DNA of 64,000 nucleotides from an uncultured Armatimonadetes bacterium (GTDB lineage Bacteria; Armatimonadota; Hebobacteria; Hebobacterales; Hebobacteraceae): NCBI GenBank assembly GCA_963716175.1, contig OY970296.1, positions 1,472,001 to 1,536,000 of the forward strand, read 5' to 3'. Shown piece by piece: positions 49,201 to 57,190 of this stretch (position 1 is its first letter; each line of letters starts with the position of its first letter). The notes under the pieces were generated by a model. It saw only the letters and a program-made list of their open reading frames with translations, ran no database searches and was not told where the DNA came from. The position numbers and the translations under genes were made by a program.

Positions 49201-49979
49201 CGAGGCTAGAGAGCGATCTCAGAGCTTTGGGGCCGGCCGAACCGGCGCCTGTGGAAGCAACGGAGCACGAACTTGCCCAGGTCGAGCAGCTTGTGCGCGA
49301 CGGTCAGACGGTGCTCCGAGCGGCGAGCTCGCGTGCGGCAAGAGAAAGGCTGGCCGCCACCGATGCCCAGCTCCGCGCCTTAGCGGACGAGATGCACAAG
49401 AACGAGCGGGAGATCGAGAAGCTGAGAAAGTGGCAGGACGTCTTTGAACAGGCCACAAGCATCTTACGGCAGGAGGAAGCAAGGGTAGTAAGCCAAGGGC
49501 TTGAGCCAATCGGCCGCCTCATGCAGACGGTCCACCGAAGGCTCGCAAGGCATCCGATCTTCGATGAACTGAAGTGGGAGGTACGTGAGAAGGCAATCCA
49601 CTTCTGGGTGGAATCACGGACTGGCATCGTCAAAGGCCGGCGACTCGTACAAGCCTACACAAACGAGGCCTACCACAACATCGTGGCGCTCTCCGTGTTC
49701 CTCGCTTCCGCTCTATGTCGAGGCGGCAAACTCAGAGCGGTCGTGTTGGATGACCCCGTCCAAGCAATGGATGAGGTGAACATCTACGGTCTCCTGGACC
49801 TGCTCAGGCAGGTGTCGACGCTGAGTCAGGTCATCGTCACCACCGGCAGAAACGATCTTTTCCATCTCGCACGCGCGAAGTTTGCTTGCCTGAACGATGG
49901 TGGCGAGCAACGCTTCCACGCATATCGGCTGGGATGGGGAGGCCCTGGGGTTGGGACGACGGTGGAGGAGGTAACCTGA
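46233..49979 (+). CDS. SMC/SbcC-like ABC ATPase with an N-terminal middle-component-like domain (ABC-3C/Lamassu-like)
   Basis: 'HFRSF', Walker A GENGTGKT, long coiled coil with CPLC zinc hook, 'VVLDDPVQAMD'; extra ~230 aa N-terminal region; start uncertain (46233 or 46266). Confidence 0.8.
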   Translation: MLDGELERRLEMRNAYSSSVLEALEETLVPRVPGMKRERNLRTELLDAVYSFWSGVIGVQVCETWDELRSRWEDSQHELGALMRTRRIARGWGNDAYLLFLVNQSALTSAGEQAVKLLRSIEISPFECLKEVVPLDATWRDELGALTFVPLQEEHPGVPDRASTAVRELLESLGVHPSLARDLTMFRPGVDAVVQALVEDRYGEPPGSVRVPEVTSVASARGVTERAVTPLPRTAARVRLKRLVLEHFRSFGTPSAPVELDLSGDLTLVYGENGTGKTCLAQAIEWAICGDVGSLSEAVRREGIGAGRVVRSMWAQGEKAAVRLELSKGGPLDCVESVGGARRFRGVSRKEEMLWRDLLGIGRRYKTERHELVRDRVRAGLMLLQRQMSHLLLVNSEERLGQFAALLGESTLARTTSKLTSTNRELGRQLEQRNESGAASRDRQRSLRDERSNMVAELSTGIAGIGSAPTLQEYLGRARDYHVAADISIPAGLARPQTDEAAEVAVRRVVEQLEERRASLVGALERTKRVGECSKQLASAKAQLAQAEEALVKARTDHRDAAARAAELQHALERLDQEIATLRSTHQERAERRRALERWFELEPLIRNRRERLAQVAHRIAASRQEVDRLDNEVNARSTALHSAQSSLDGASRGRDQAQGTVHRLEEIAGLLRRHGQPDAQRQRLEAGQRQATASARRCQEELARVVRQRDNAAAAVSSTELRLSQLRSRREDRDRLLQSLREHIDGDECPLCSHRYESRERLLAAIEHKIGSPSVDEQSLMSQLDRERTLVAECEQLVTECERGMVDAEHRKAEAADAADRAAELTNTFLTMLSAAGLSPGASLETVSDELERWQEFLGSAESKVSQLQLALTAEEQMLREVSDRRRAAWDEIGRLSGEERELTQQLDAAVAEVTSTLGALPQHDEELARELEQVRIEQQSSAKQLQQADSQRARIARDLENGRQTLQAYETSTRVAEQQAAERGSNVARLESDLRALGPAEPAPVEATEHELAQVEQLVRDGQTVLRAASSRAARERLAATDAQLRALADEMHKNEREIEKLRKWQDVFEQATSILRQEEARVVSQGLEPIGRLMQTVHRRLARHPIFDELKWEVREKAIHFWVESRTGIVKGRRLVQAYTNEAYHNIVALSVFLASALCRGGKLRAVVLDDPVQAMDEVNIYGLLDLLRQVSTLSQVIVTTGRNDLFHLARAKFACLNDGGEQRFHAYRLGWGGPGVGTTVEEVT

Positions 49980-50075
49980 CTCCTGACGCTGTCCCGGCCC
50001 GAGACTGGCGCTCGCGGGCATGCAAGGAAGGCGTAGACTAAGAGATTGCGTTGCGCCCCGGTGCCTGTGTTCCTG

Positions 50076-50351
50076 CTACCGCGCCAGCGACGCTTTGGGC
50101 TCGCGGCCACTTTGTAGCTGGCCCTCGTAGACCAGCACCATATCCCCCAGCAGCTTCGCCAGGCTCATCCCTGCGGTCTCGGCGACCTGGCGCATTCTGG
50201 CCGCCAACGCCCCCCGGATCGGCACCGTGAGCATCTCAGGGTGCACCCGAGGCCGCGAACGGCGGCGCACGCTGTCCCACACCAGGTGGCCCCGCGGAAT
50301 GAGCCCGTAGCAGGGGCTAGGACGGGCGATTGCCGCCGGGGGTGTCTCCAC
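50076..50351 (-). CDS. Small RHH-like protein at the right end of the island
   Basis: 'LTVPIRGALAARMRQVAETAGMSLAKLL' beta-helix-helix pattern; start uncertain. Confidence 0.45.
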   Translation of the reverse strand: METPPAAIARPSPCYGLIPRGHLVWDSVRRRSRPRVHPEMLTVPIRGALAARMRQVAETAGMSLAKLLGDMVLVYEGQLQSGREPKASLAR

Positions 50352-50443
50352 CCATCCCCCGCCCGGGGTGCCCCACGCACAGGCACACAGCCCCCCACAG
50401 CCCCTATTTGTGGGCGAGAGCCGCCTGCGCTAAGGCGGCCGGA

Positions 50444-50468
50444 AGCCGGTTTGTGGCGTTTCGGAACG
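50444..50468. other. attR (P arm AGCCGGTTTGTGGCGTTTC plus core CGGAACG)
   Basis: Core identical to 8873-8879; arm complementary to the attL arm. Confidence 0.85.
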
Positions 50469-50503
50469 AGAACGCGCACGGCCTTCTCCAGGGGCTCGCG
50501 TAA
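50462..50503 (+). CDS. Displaced 3' end of the major capsid gene (RNENAHGLLQGLA*)
   Basis: In frame with GEYTLEL-RN after joining at the core; followed by TAA and a REP. Confidence 0.85.
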   Translation, partial: RNENAHGLLQGLA

Positions 50504-50698
50504 CTGTAGGGCGGGCATGTCTCCGCATGCCCGCCGACCTTGGGCAGGAGGTAAGCTCCTGCCCAAGGAGAAAGCGCCTCGCCTCCTCCCAGCCTTCCCA
50601 GCGATGGGGAGGTCAGCATGCGGGCCCGCCGCTGGCGGGCCCGCATGCCAGGACCGCGCGCAGTGATGGCGAACTCACGGCGGCAGGGAGGCGATGAC

Positions 50699-51472
50699 AT
50701 GATCCTCGACTGCCATGTGCATCTACCGTCACCGGGCTTGGGCCGGACGCTGGAGTGGGCGCCCTGCACGCCAGACCTGGCAGCGGCGGTGAGCTATCTG
50801 CGGCGCTGCGGCGTAGAGCGGGCGGTGGCCAGCTCCGCCCGGGCGGTGGCGGCGAAGTCGGTAGAAGAGCTGATCGCAGGCAACGACGAGACCGCGCAGG
50901 CGGCAAAGGACTATCCGGGCTTCATCGTGCCCGCCTGTCAGATCAGCACCAACTTCGGCCCGGCATCGCTGGCCGAGACCCGGCGGTGCCATGACGAGTT
51001 CGGCATAGTGTGGGTGGGCGAGCTGTGCGGCTACATTGGCGGCTACCGCTATGACACGGAGGCCTTTCTGGCGGCGATGCAGCTCGCCAGTGATCTGAAT
51101 ATGGTGGTGCAGATACACGAGGAGGATGCGGAGGAGATGAGCCGGCTCTGCGCCGAGTTCCCGGACGTGGACTTCGTGCTCGCCCACTTGGGCGACTCGC
51201 CCGAGGAGTGCAAGCGGCGCTGCGAGCTGGCAGCGAAGCATCAGAACCTGCACCTGGACATCTGCGGACACGGCTACCAGCGCATGGGCGTACTGGAGCT
51301 GGCGGTGCAATGCGCGGGCCCGGACCGCGTGCTCTTCGGCAGCGATCACACCATCAACGACCCGGCCGGGGTGATCGCCCGGGTCCAGCACGCCGGTCTC
51401 GACGACGAGACGAAGGCGAAGATACTGGGCGGGAATACGATGAGGTTGTTGGAGGAGCGCGGAGTGAAGTAA
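50699..51472 (+). CDS. Amidohydrolase-2 family metal-dependent hydrolase
   Basis: 'DCHVHL', 'IH', 'VLAHLG', 'RVLFGSD', 'KILGGN'. Confidence 0.9.
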   Translation: MILDCHVHLPSPGLGRTLEWAPCTPDLAAAVSYLRRCGVERAVASSARAVAAKSVEELIAGNDETAQAAKDYPGFIVPACQISTNFGPASLAETRRCHDEFGIVWVGELCGYIGGYRYDTEAFLAAMQLASDLNMVVQIHEEDAEEMSRLCAEFPDVDFVLAHLGDSPEECKRRCELAAKHQNLHLDICGHGYQRMGVLELAVQCAGPDRVLFGSDHTINDPAGVIARVQHAGLDDETKAKILGGNTMRLLEERGVK

Positions 51473-51622
51473 CGGCGGAATCCGCAGATTGCGCAGATCG
51501 GCGCAGATCACGGCGGACACCGGGCGGTGTCCGCCGCTGGCTATTGTAGGGCGCGGTCTCCTGACCGCGCCTGGCGGCATCGGGAGATGCCGCCCTACAG
51601 CCAACGGCCGCAGGAGAAGAGA

Positions 51623-53776
51623 GTGCTCGACATCGTCATCTACACCGAGGGCCTGCCTTTCGATGGGGCGACGCCGTTCGAGCGGTCGCTGGGTGGGTCG
51701 GAGAGCGCGGTGGTGTTCATGAGCCGCGAGCTGGCGCGGCGGGGGCACCAGGTGCGCGTGTTCTGCCGGTGTGAGCGGCCCGGCGAGTACGATGGGGTGA
51801 GTTACCGCGACCTCGCGGACTTCCCCGAGTTCGTCGAGTCTGGCTCATGCGATGTGTTCATCTGCTGCCGGCATCTGCGGGGGCTGACCGCGCCGGTCAG
51901 GTCGAGGATCAATATCGTCTGGAACCACGACCTGATGGTGAAGCCGGCCGCGCAGTACCTGATGTCGCTGATGTTCAAGGTGGACCGGCTGTTCGTGCTC
52001 TCCGAGTTCCACAAGGCGCAGTTCATGCGGCACCTGGGGGTGCGCGAGGATCGGTATGTAGTGACGCGCAACGGGGTGGACCTGACGGTGGTGGATGAAG
52101 CTATCGCCGGGGTGGAGCGCGAGGCCGACCGGCTGCTCTACACCAGCCGCCCCGAGCGGGGCCTGGACGTGCTGCTGGAGCTGTGGCCCGATCTGAAGCG
52201 CCGGCGGCCGGCGCTCAAGCTGGCAGTCGCGCACTACGACAACCCGGGCGCGGATGCGCAGATGCGCGACTACCTGGAGACGCTGCGGCAGGTGGCGCGG
52301 CAGCTCCCCGATGTCGAGCTGCTGGGGGCGCTGAGCAAGCGCGAGCTCTACCGAGAGATCGCCCGCTCCGCCCTGGTGGTCTACCCGGCCGCCTTCCCCG
52401 AGGTGAGCTGCATCAGCGCGCTGGAGGCGGCGGCCTGCGGGACGCCGATGGTGGCATCGCGATACTGCGCGCTCAAGGAAAGCGTCGCCGATGGAGCGAC
52501 CGGGGTGCTGGTGCCCGGGGATCCGCGGAGCGCGGAATACGCGGAGGCCTTCGCCGCGGCGGTGACGGACTTGCTGGCCGACGAGGCGCGGTATCAAGCC
52601 ATGAACGCGGCGGCGCGGCGAAGGATCGAGGAGCGGTATCAGTGGAGGCAGATCGCGGAGGAGTGGGAGGGCATCTTCGAGGAGCTCCTGGGCGAGGAGG
52701 CGGCGGGCATGCCGAGACATGCCCGCCCTACAGAACGGATCGCAAACCCCGTTGGGCAGGAGCTTGCTCCTGCCACTCCGCGTCAGACTGTTTCCGTCTG
52801 CATGATCGTGAAGAACGCGCAGGGCACGCTCTACCGCTGCCTGGAGAGCGTGAAGCCAATCGCGGATGAGATCATCATCTGCGACACGGGTTCCACCGAT
52901 CACACCGGCGAGATCTCCCGTGAGTACACGGACCAGGTACATCAGATCCCCTGGGAAGACGACTTCGCCGCCGCGCGGAACCGGAGCATCGAGCAGGCGA
53001 GCGGGGATTGGATCCTGTGGTTGGATGCCGACGAGTACCTGCTCGGGGCCGAGCACCTGGGCAAGTACCTGCGGCCCAATATGTACAACGGCTATGTGAT
53101 CCGCCAGCATCACCACGCGGTGGATGCGCAGTTCAAGCCGGATGTGCCGGTGCGGCTGTTCCGGAATGGGCTGGGGGTGCGGTTCTTCGGCTGCGTGCAC
53201 GAGCACCCGGAGACCGAGCTGAACCTGGGCGTGGCGCCGGCGGTGATCCTGAGCGATGTGCAGATCGTGCACGACGGCTATGTGACGGAGGCGATCCGCA
53301 GACAGCGTTTCCTGCGCAACCTGCCGCTGCTGCTCAAGGATCGCGAGCGCCATCCCAATCGCCGGTTGGGATTGGTGTTCCTGGCGCGAGACTACATCCA
53401 CCTGGCGCGGTACGAGCTGGAGCGGACGCGCGGTCAGATGACGGAGAAGGCGCGAGGCTACCTGCAGCATGCCGTCGCCATTCACCGTCAGCGCTTCTCC
53501 TCTCCCGATGACCTGCTGTACTCGTACAGCTTCCCGCTCTACCAGTCGGCGCTGGAGCTGCTGGGGGAGGGGTTTGAGCTGCGGTACTTCCTCGACCTGG
53601 CCGCAGGCAACGAACGGCGGGTGGCAGGGGCAAGCCCCTGCCCAACGGAGCAGACGCGCCGGCGGTTCCTGGATGAGGCGGAGGCGCGGGAGTTCCTGGA
53701 GCGGCACCTCGGGGAGCTGCTCAAGGAGGCGGGGGGTGAGGAGGAGTTTCCGTTTGAGGAGGCGCGGTCGAGCTAG
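51623..53776 (+). CDS. Fused GT4 + GT2 glycosyltransferase
   Basis: GT-B 'LGGSE', 'YTSRPERGL', 'EVSCISALEA'; GT-A 'SVCMIVKN', 'DTGSTD', 'DFAAARN', 'LDADE', 'VHE'. Confidence 0.9.
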   Translation: MLDIVIYTEGLPFDGATPFERSLGGSESAVVFMSRELARRGHQVRVFCRCERPGEYDGVSYRDLADFPEFVESGSCDVFICCRHLRGLTAPVRSRINIVWNHDLMVKPAAQYLMSLMFKVDRLFVLSEFHKAQFMRHLGVREDRYVVTRNGVDLTVVDEAIAGVEREADRLLYTSRPERGLDVLLELWPDLKRRRPALKLAVAHYDNPGADAQMRDYLETLRQVARQLPDVELLGALSKRELYREIARSALVVYPAAFPEVSCISALEAAACGTPMVASRYCALKESVADGATGVLVPGDPRSAEYAEAFAAAVTDLLADEARYQAMNAAARRRIEERYQWRQIAEEWEGIFEELLGEEAAGMPRHARPTERIANPVGQELAPATPRQTVSVCMIVKNAQGTLYRCLESVKPIADEIIICDTGSTDHTGEISREYTDQVHQIPWEDDFAAARNRSIEQASGDWILWLDADEYLLGAEHLGKYLRPNMYNGYVIRQHHHAVDAQFKPDVPVRLFRNGLGVRFFGCVHEHPETELNLGVAPAVILSDVQIVHDGYVTEAIRRQRFLRNLPLLLKDRERHPNRRLGLVFLARDYIHLARYELERTRGQMTEKARGYLQHAVAIHRQRFSSPDDLLYSYSFPLYQSALELLGEGFELRYFLDLAAGNERRVAGASPCPTEQTRRRFLDEAEAREFLERHLGELLKEAGGEEEFPFEEARSS

Positions 53777-53823
53777 GCGGCGGGCATAGATATGCCCGCC
53801 CTACAGCGGCTTGGGAGATAGCA

Positions 53824-54516
53824 ATGCCATATTGCACACCGGATGACGTCCGCCTGCGGGCGGTGGGGATGACCGAGGAGGTGATCCCCGATGTTTCTTC
53901 CAGCAGCTTGAACCTGACCACCTGCATCGCCGAGGCGGAGGCGGAGGTGGAGGAGGCGGGCCGGGCGGGCGACTACGAGGTGCCCTTCGATCCGGCGCCG
54001 GATCGCATCCGGGATCTGACCGCGGCCGGAGCGCTGGCGCGGGCGCGCCGCGGCCTTCAGCTCGGGAACCAAGCGGCGGAAGAGCCCGACCCCTATTGGC
54101 AGGAGTTCGAGGCGGGATTGGGGCTGCTGCGGGAGGGGCAGCTCGACCTGGGGACAGTGGTGGTGAGCGGTGAGGCGGTGGTGATGCCAGCTGAGGAAGG
54201 TGAGTGGGCGCAGCTCAGCCACCGAGGCCTGCTCACCGCAAGTGTCACGGTCACCAATGAGTCGGGCGACTTCACCTATGTCGAGGACCGGAGCGAGTAC
54301 GAGCCGGGCTACCGGCCCGATGCGGTGAAGGACTATCAGGTGGATCATCGCGAGGGGCGGCTGCTGCGGTTGCTGGGAGGACGGATCGGCGCTAGCCAGG
54401 CGGTCAAGGCGAGCTACGAGTACTATCGCCGGCAGCCGAAGCGGGCCGAGGATGCCGAGTATGAAGGCCGGACGGCGAGCGCGGACCGGGTGGTGAGGCG
54501 GGATCAACAGGAGTAA
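53824..54516 (+). CDS. Putative head-tail adaptor (Mu gp36/DUF1320-like) with C-terminal extension
   Basis: 'MPYCTPDDV...IAEAEAEV...YEVPF...IRDL...L..LREGQLDL'. Confidence 0.65.
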   Translation: MPYCTPDDVRLRAVGMTEEVIPDVSSSSLNLTTCIAEAEAEVEEAGRAGDYEVPFDPAPDRIRDLTAAGALARARRGLQLGNQAAEEPDPYWQEFEAGLGLLREGQLDLGTVVVSGEAVVMPAEEGEWAQLSHRGLLTASVTVTNESGDFTYVEDRSEYEPGYRPDAVKDYQVDHREGRLLRLLGGRIGASQAVKASYEYYRRQPKRAEDAEYEGRTASADRVVRRDQQE

Positions 54517-54650
54517 TGTGGCAAGGGCTTGCCCAACGAGTTTATCGGGAGCCCGAAGAGGGGGTCGCCCCGTGGACTGGTTGCGAACCTGCCCTAACCA
54601 AGTGACGGCCGGCGGGCATAGGCATGCCCGCCCTACAAGCGAGGTGGCTC

Positions 54651-55103
54651 ATGGCGCATCCGGAGTCAACGCGATTTGTTCCAATCCGGGAGGCGGTGTG
54701 TGAGGTGCTGGCCGCGGCGCCGGCGCTGGAGGAGGTGAAGGCGGTGGTGCGCGACCGGGAGGCCTGGGCGCGGCTGCCGGCGACGCAGTACCCGGCGATC
54801 GGGGTGTTCTTCGCCGATCCGGTCGGGGTGGAGCGAGCGCGGTGGGTGAGCAATCGGCGGGATCACAGCTACCAGCTCGAGGTGCAAGTGGCCGTGCGGT
54901 CGCTGGAGAGCGCGCAGGCGAGCGAGGATCTGCTGTTCGGCTACCTGGAGGCGGTTGAGGATGCCTTGCGCGTGGCGCCGACGCTGGGGGGATTGGTGCG
55001 GTTCATGGGAGTCGGCCTGGTGCGGCGCGCCCGCGCCAGAGTGGAGTCGTACTGGCATTCGCAGGCGGCGCTGCTGGTGACGTGCGAGCAGCGAACGGGA
55101 TAG
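54651..55103 (+). CDS. Putative tail terminator / neck protein
   Basis: Position before the tail tube; 'YPAI', 'VEDALR..PTLGG' motif. Confidence 0.55.
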   Translation: MAHPESTRFVPIREAVCEVLAAAPALEEVKAVVRDREAWARLPATQYPAIGVFFADPVGVERARWVSNRRDHSYQLEVQVAVRSLESAQASEDLLFGYLEAVEDALRVAPTLGGLVRFMGVGLVRRARARVESYWHSQAALLVTCEQRTG

Positions 55104-55141
55104 GGGCGGGATGAATCCCGCCCCTACGCGAGGAGGTCATC

Positions 55142-56107
55142 ATGTCTGGCCGCATGGGGCAACTGGGGGCAGTGGGGATGGCGCTGGAGTCTACCTGGGG
55201 TTTGCCCGCGAGCGCGACGACTTATCTGGAGGTGACGCACGCTGATATCAGGCCTGTGATCGGATACGAGATCCCCAACGCGGTGCGCGGCACCCGCGCC
55301 CGTCGGCGCATTCAGGGAGGGCCGATGCTGTGCTCCGGGCCGCTCACCTTCGATGTCTGCGCGGGCGCCATGGGGGAGGTGCTGAAGGCTGCGTTCGGGA
55401 CGGTCACGACTACCCTGGTGGCCTCCAGCGGCGCGGGCGCGGTCTATCAGCATACCTTCACCCGCTGCGACACCACCTTCCTGCCCTCGCTCACTGTGGA
55501 GCAGAATCTGGGCGGCTTGACCAGCCGGAGGGTGGCCGGAACGCGGGTGAACCAGCTCACGCTCTCGCTCGCCCCGGGGCGCACTCTGATGGCGGATGTT
55601 GACTGCCGGGGCCGGGAAGAGGCCCTGGTGACTCCCACCAGCGCGAGTTACACCGCAGATCAGCCGCTGCACTACAACGGCTTCACCGCCAGCATTGACG
55701 GCCAGCCGAGCCTGGAGATCGAGGAGTTCCTGGTGCGGGTCAACAACGGGCTGGTGGACGGGATCTGGAGCGCGGGAGCGGCCGGGAAGCTGAGCAAGCT
55801 GCCCGCGGGCGCTTTCGCGGTCGGTGGCAGGTTCTCCCTCGCGTTCGAGTCCACGGCCGCGCACCAGGCCTTCACCGCGGGCACGCCCACCGGGCTGCGC
55901 TTCAAGCTTGCCGGGGCCACGGTGGTTGGCACCTGGGGCTACGGCCTGGAGATCGAGCTGCCGCAGGTGCGCTACTTCTCGGCGGACGCGCCGCTGGCGC
56001 CGGGGCGATTGGTGTACGACATCGCGTTCGAGGCCTTGCTGGATAGCAGCCAGCAGCCGCCGCTGGACGCGCGGTGCTGGCTCTGGAATACGAAGTCGGG
56101 GTATTGA
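55142..56107 (+). CDS. Phage tail tube (major tail) protein
   Basis: 'GMALESTWG', 'YQHTFT', 'LPSLTVEQ', 'VNQLTLS', 'VNNGL', 'IELPQVRY'. Confidence 0.8.
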   Translation: MSGRMGQLGAVGMALESTWGLPASATTYLEVTHADIRPVIGYEIPNAVRGTRARRRIQGGPMLCSGPLTFDVCAGAMGEVLKAAFGTVTTTLVASSGAGAVYQHTFTRCDTTFLPSLTVEQNLGGLTSRRVAGTRVNQLTLSLAPGRTLMADVDCRGREEALVTPTSASYTADQPLHYNGFTASIDGQPSLEIEEFLVRVNNGLVDGIWSAGAAGKLSKLPAGAFAVGGRFSLAFESTAAHQAFTAGTPTGLRFKLAGATVVGTWGYGLEIELPQVRYFSADAPLAPGRLVYDIAFEALLDSSQQPPLDARCWLWNTKSGY

Positions 56108-56215
56108 GTGGAGCGGCGGGCATGCGTTCTCTGCCTGAGGTGGATAACGGGGCAGGAGCAAGCTCCTGCCGAACAGGTCTTGCGATATGCTCTAGCGGCC
56201 GATGAGGGGTAAGCG

Positions 56216-56917
56216 ATGGATAGCGAACGAGTTGACTTGAGCCAACTGGGGATCTGGGGCACGGCGTTGCGGGTAGAGCTGGGCCGTCGCCATGAAGAGG
56301 TGTGGGTGCAGACGCTGGGGGACCGGACGGAGGCGCTGGAGCGGGGGCACGAGGCGATGCAGCAGAAGCTGCTGGAGTTCCGGCCCGGGGGCGAGCGGCT
56401 GGAGGCCTTGACCCAAGCGCTGATGATCGCCCCGGCGGCGGACCTGGTGGAGCTGGTGCTGGAAGGGGAGCGCTCCCAGATGGCGGCGCGGCTGGCCCGC
56501 GAGCTGCCGGACCCGGTGAGGCCGCGGCAAGATCGCGCGGCTGTCGAGAGCAATGAGGATTTCGTGCGGCGGGTGCAGGAGCATCAGCAGCGGTGCCGAG
56601 AGCTGGCCGAGCAGAGGGCGCAGCGACTGGCCGAGGTGATCGAGGCGCGGCGGGCCGAGCTGGCAGCGATGGAGCGGAAGGAGCTGGTGGAGCTGGCGCG
56701 GCCCCGCCGGGTGGATGTGGAGTGCTGGAATGCCTTCGCCCGCGCCTGCGATGATTGGGTGCTGCTGCGGGCAGTGCGGCGCAGCGAGGACCACGATCAG
56801 AGCTACTTCGACAGTGTGGCCCAGGTGCAGGCCCTTCATCCCGCGGTGAAGGAGCAACTGCGGCAGGCCTACCGGGAGCTGGAGCCGCCGCAGGGGGAGG
56901 CGCTCCCAAAAGTCTGA
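56216..56917 (+). CDS. Tail assembly chaperone (gpG-like)
   Basis: Between tail tube and tape measure; ends in slippery C CCA AAA GTC TGA. Confidence 0.65.
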   Translation: MDSERVDLSQLGIWGTALRVELGRRHEEVWVQTLGDRTEALERGHEAMQQKLLEFRPGGERLEALTQALMIAPAADLVELVLEGERSQMAARLARELPDPVRPRQDRAAVESNEDFVRRVQEHQQRCRELAEQRAQRLAEVIEARRAELAAMERKELVELARPRRVDVECWNAFARACDDWVLLRAVRRSEDHDQSYFDSVAQVQALHPAVKEQLRQAYRELEPPQGEALPKV

Positions 56918-57057
56918 GCGGCCATCCCGGGTTCCGACTGAACGAGTTGATCTGCCGGCGCTATCCTGGCGCCTATCGGCATCCGCTTGACCCCGCGCTG
57001 CTGGAGCTGCCGTGGTGGCTGAAGGAAGCGATCGCCTTGCTGGCAGCGGAGGGGTGA
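56905..57057 (+). CDS. -1 frameshift extension of the chaperone (gpGT-like)
   Basis: XXXYYYZ heptamer CCCAAAA at 56905-56911; the -1 frame reads PKSLSGHPGF...LELPWWLKEAIALLAAEG*. Confidence 0.7.
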   Translation, partial: PKSLSGHPGFRLNELICRRYPGAYRHPLDPALLELPWWLKEAIALLAAEG

Positions 57058-57190
57058 AGCGGGGCTATCCGCAGATGGCTAGGCAGGCCTCGCCTGCCGC
57101 CATGGCGGCCGCCTCCTGGCGGCTTAGCCATTACGCAGATTAGCCGGATTCGGCGGGCATGGGCATGCCCGCCCTACAGGAGCGGCACGA

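Larger units (their letters stand above)
8873..50468. mobile_element. ~41.6 kb serine-integrase element (satellite/PICI-like island) inserted in the capsid gene
   Basis: Direct repeat CGGAACG at 8873-8879 and 50462-50468; removing the interval joins capsid codons in frame; integrase gene ends at the left junction. Confidence 0.88.
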
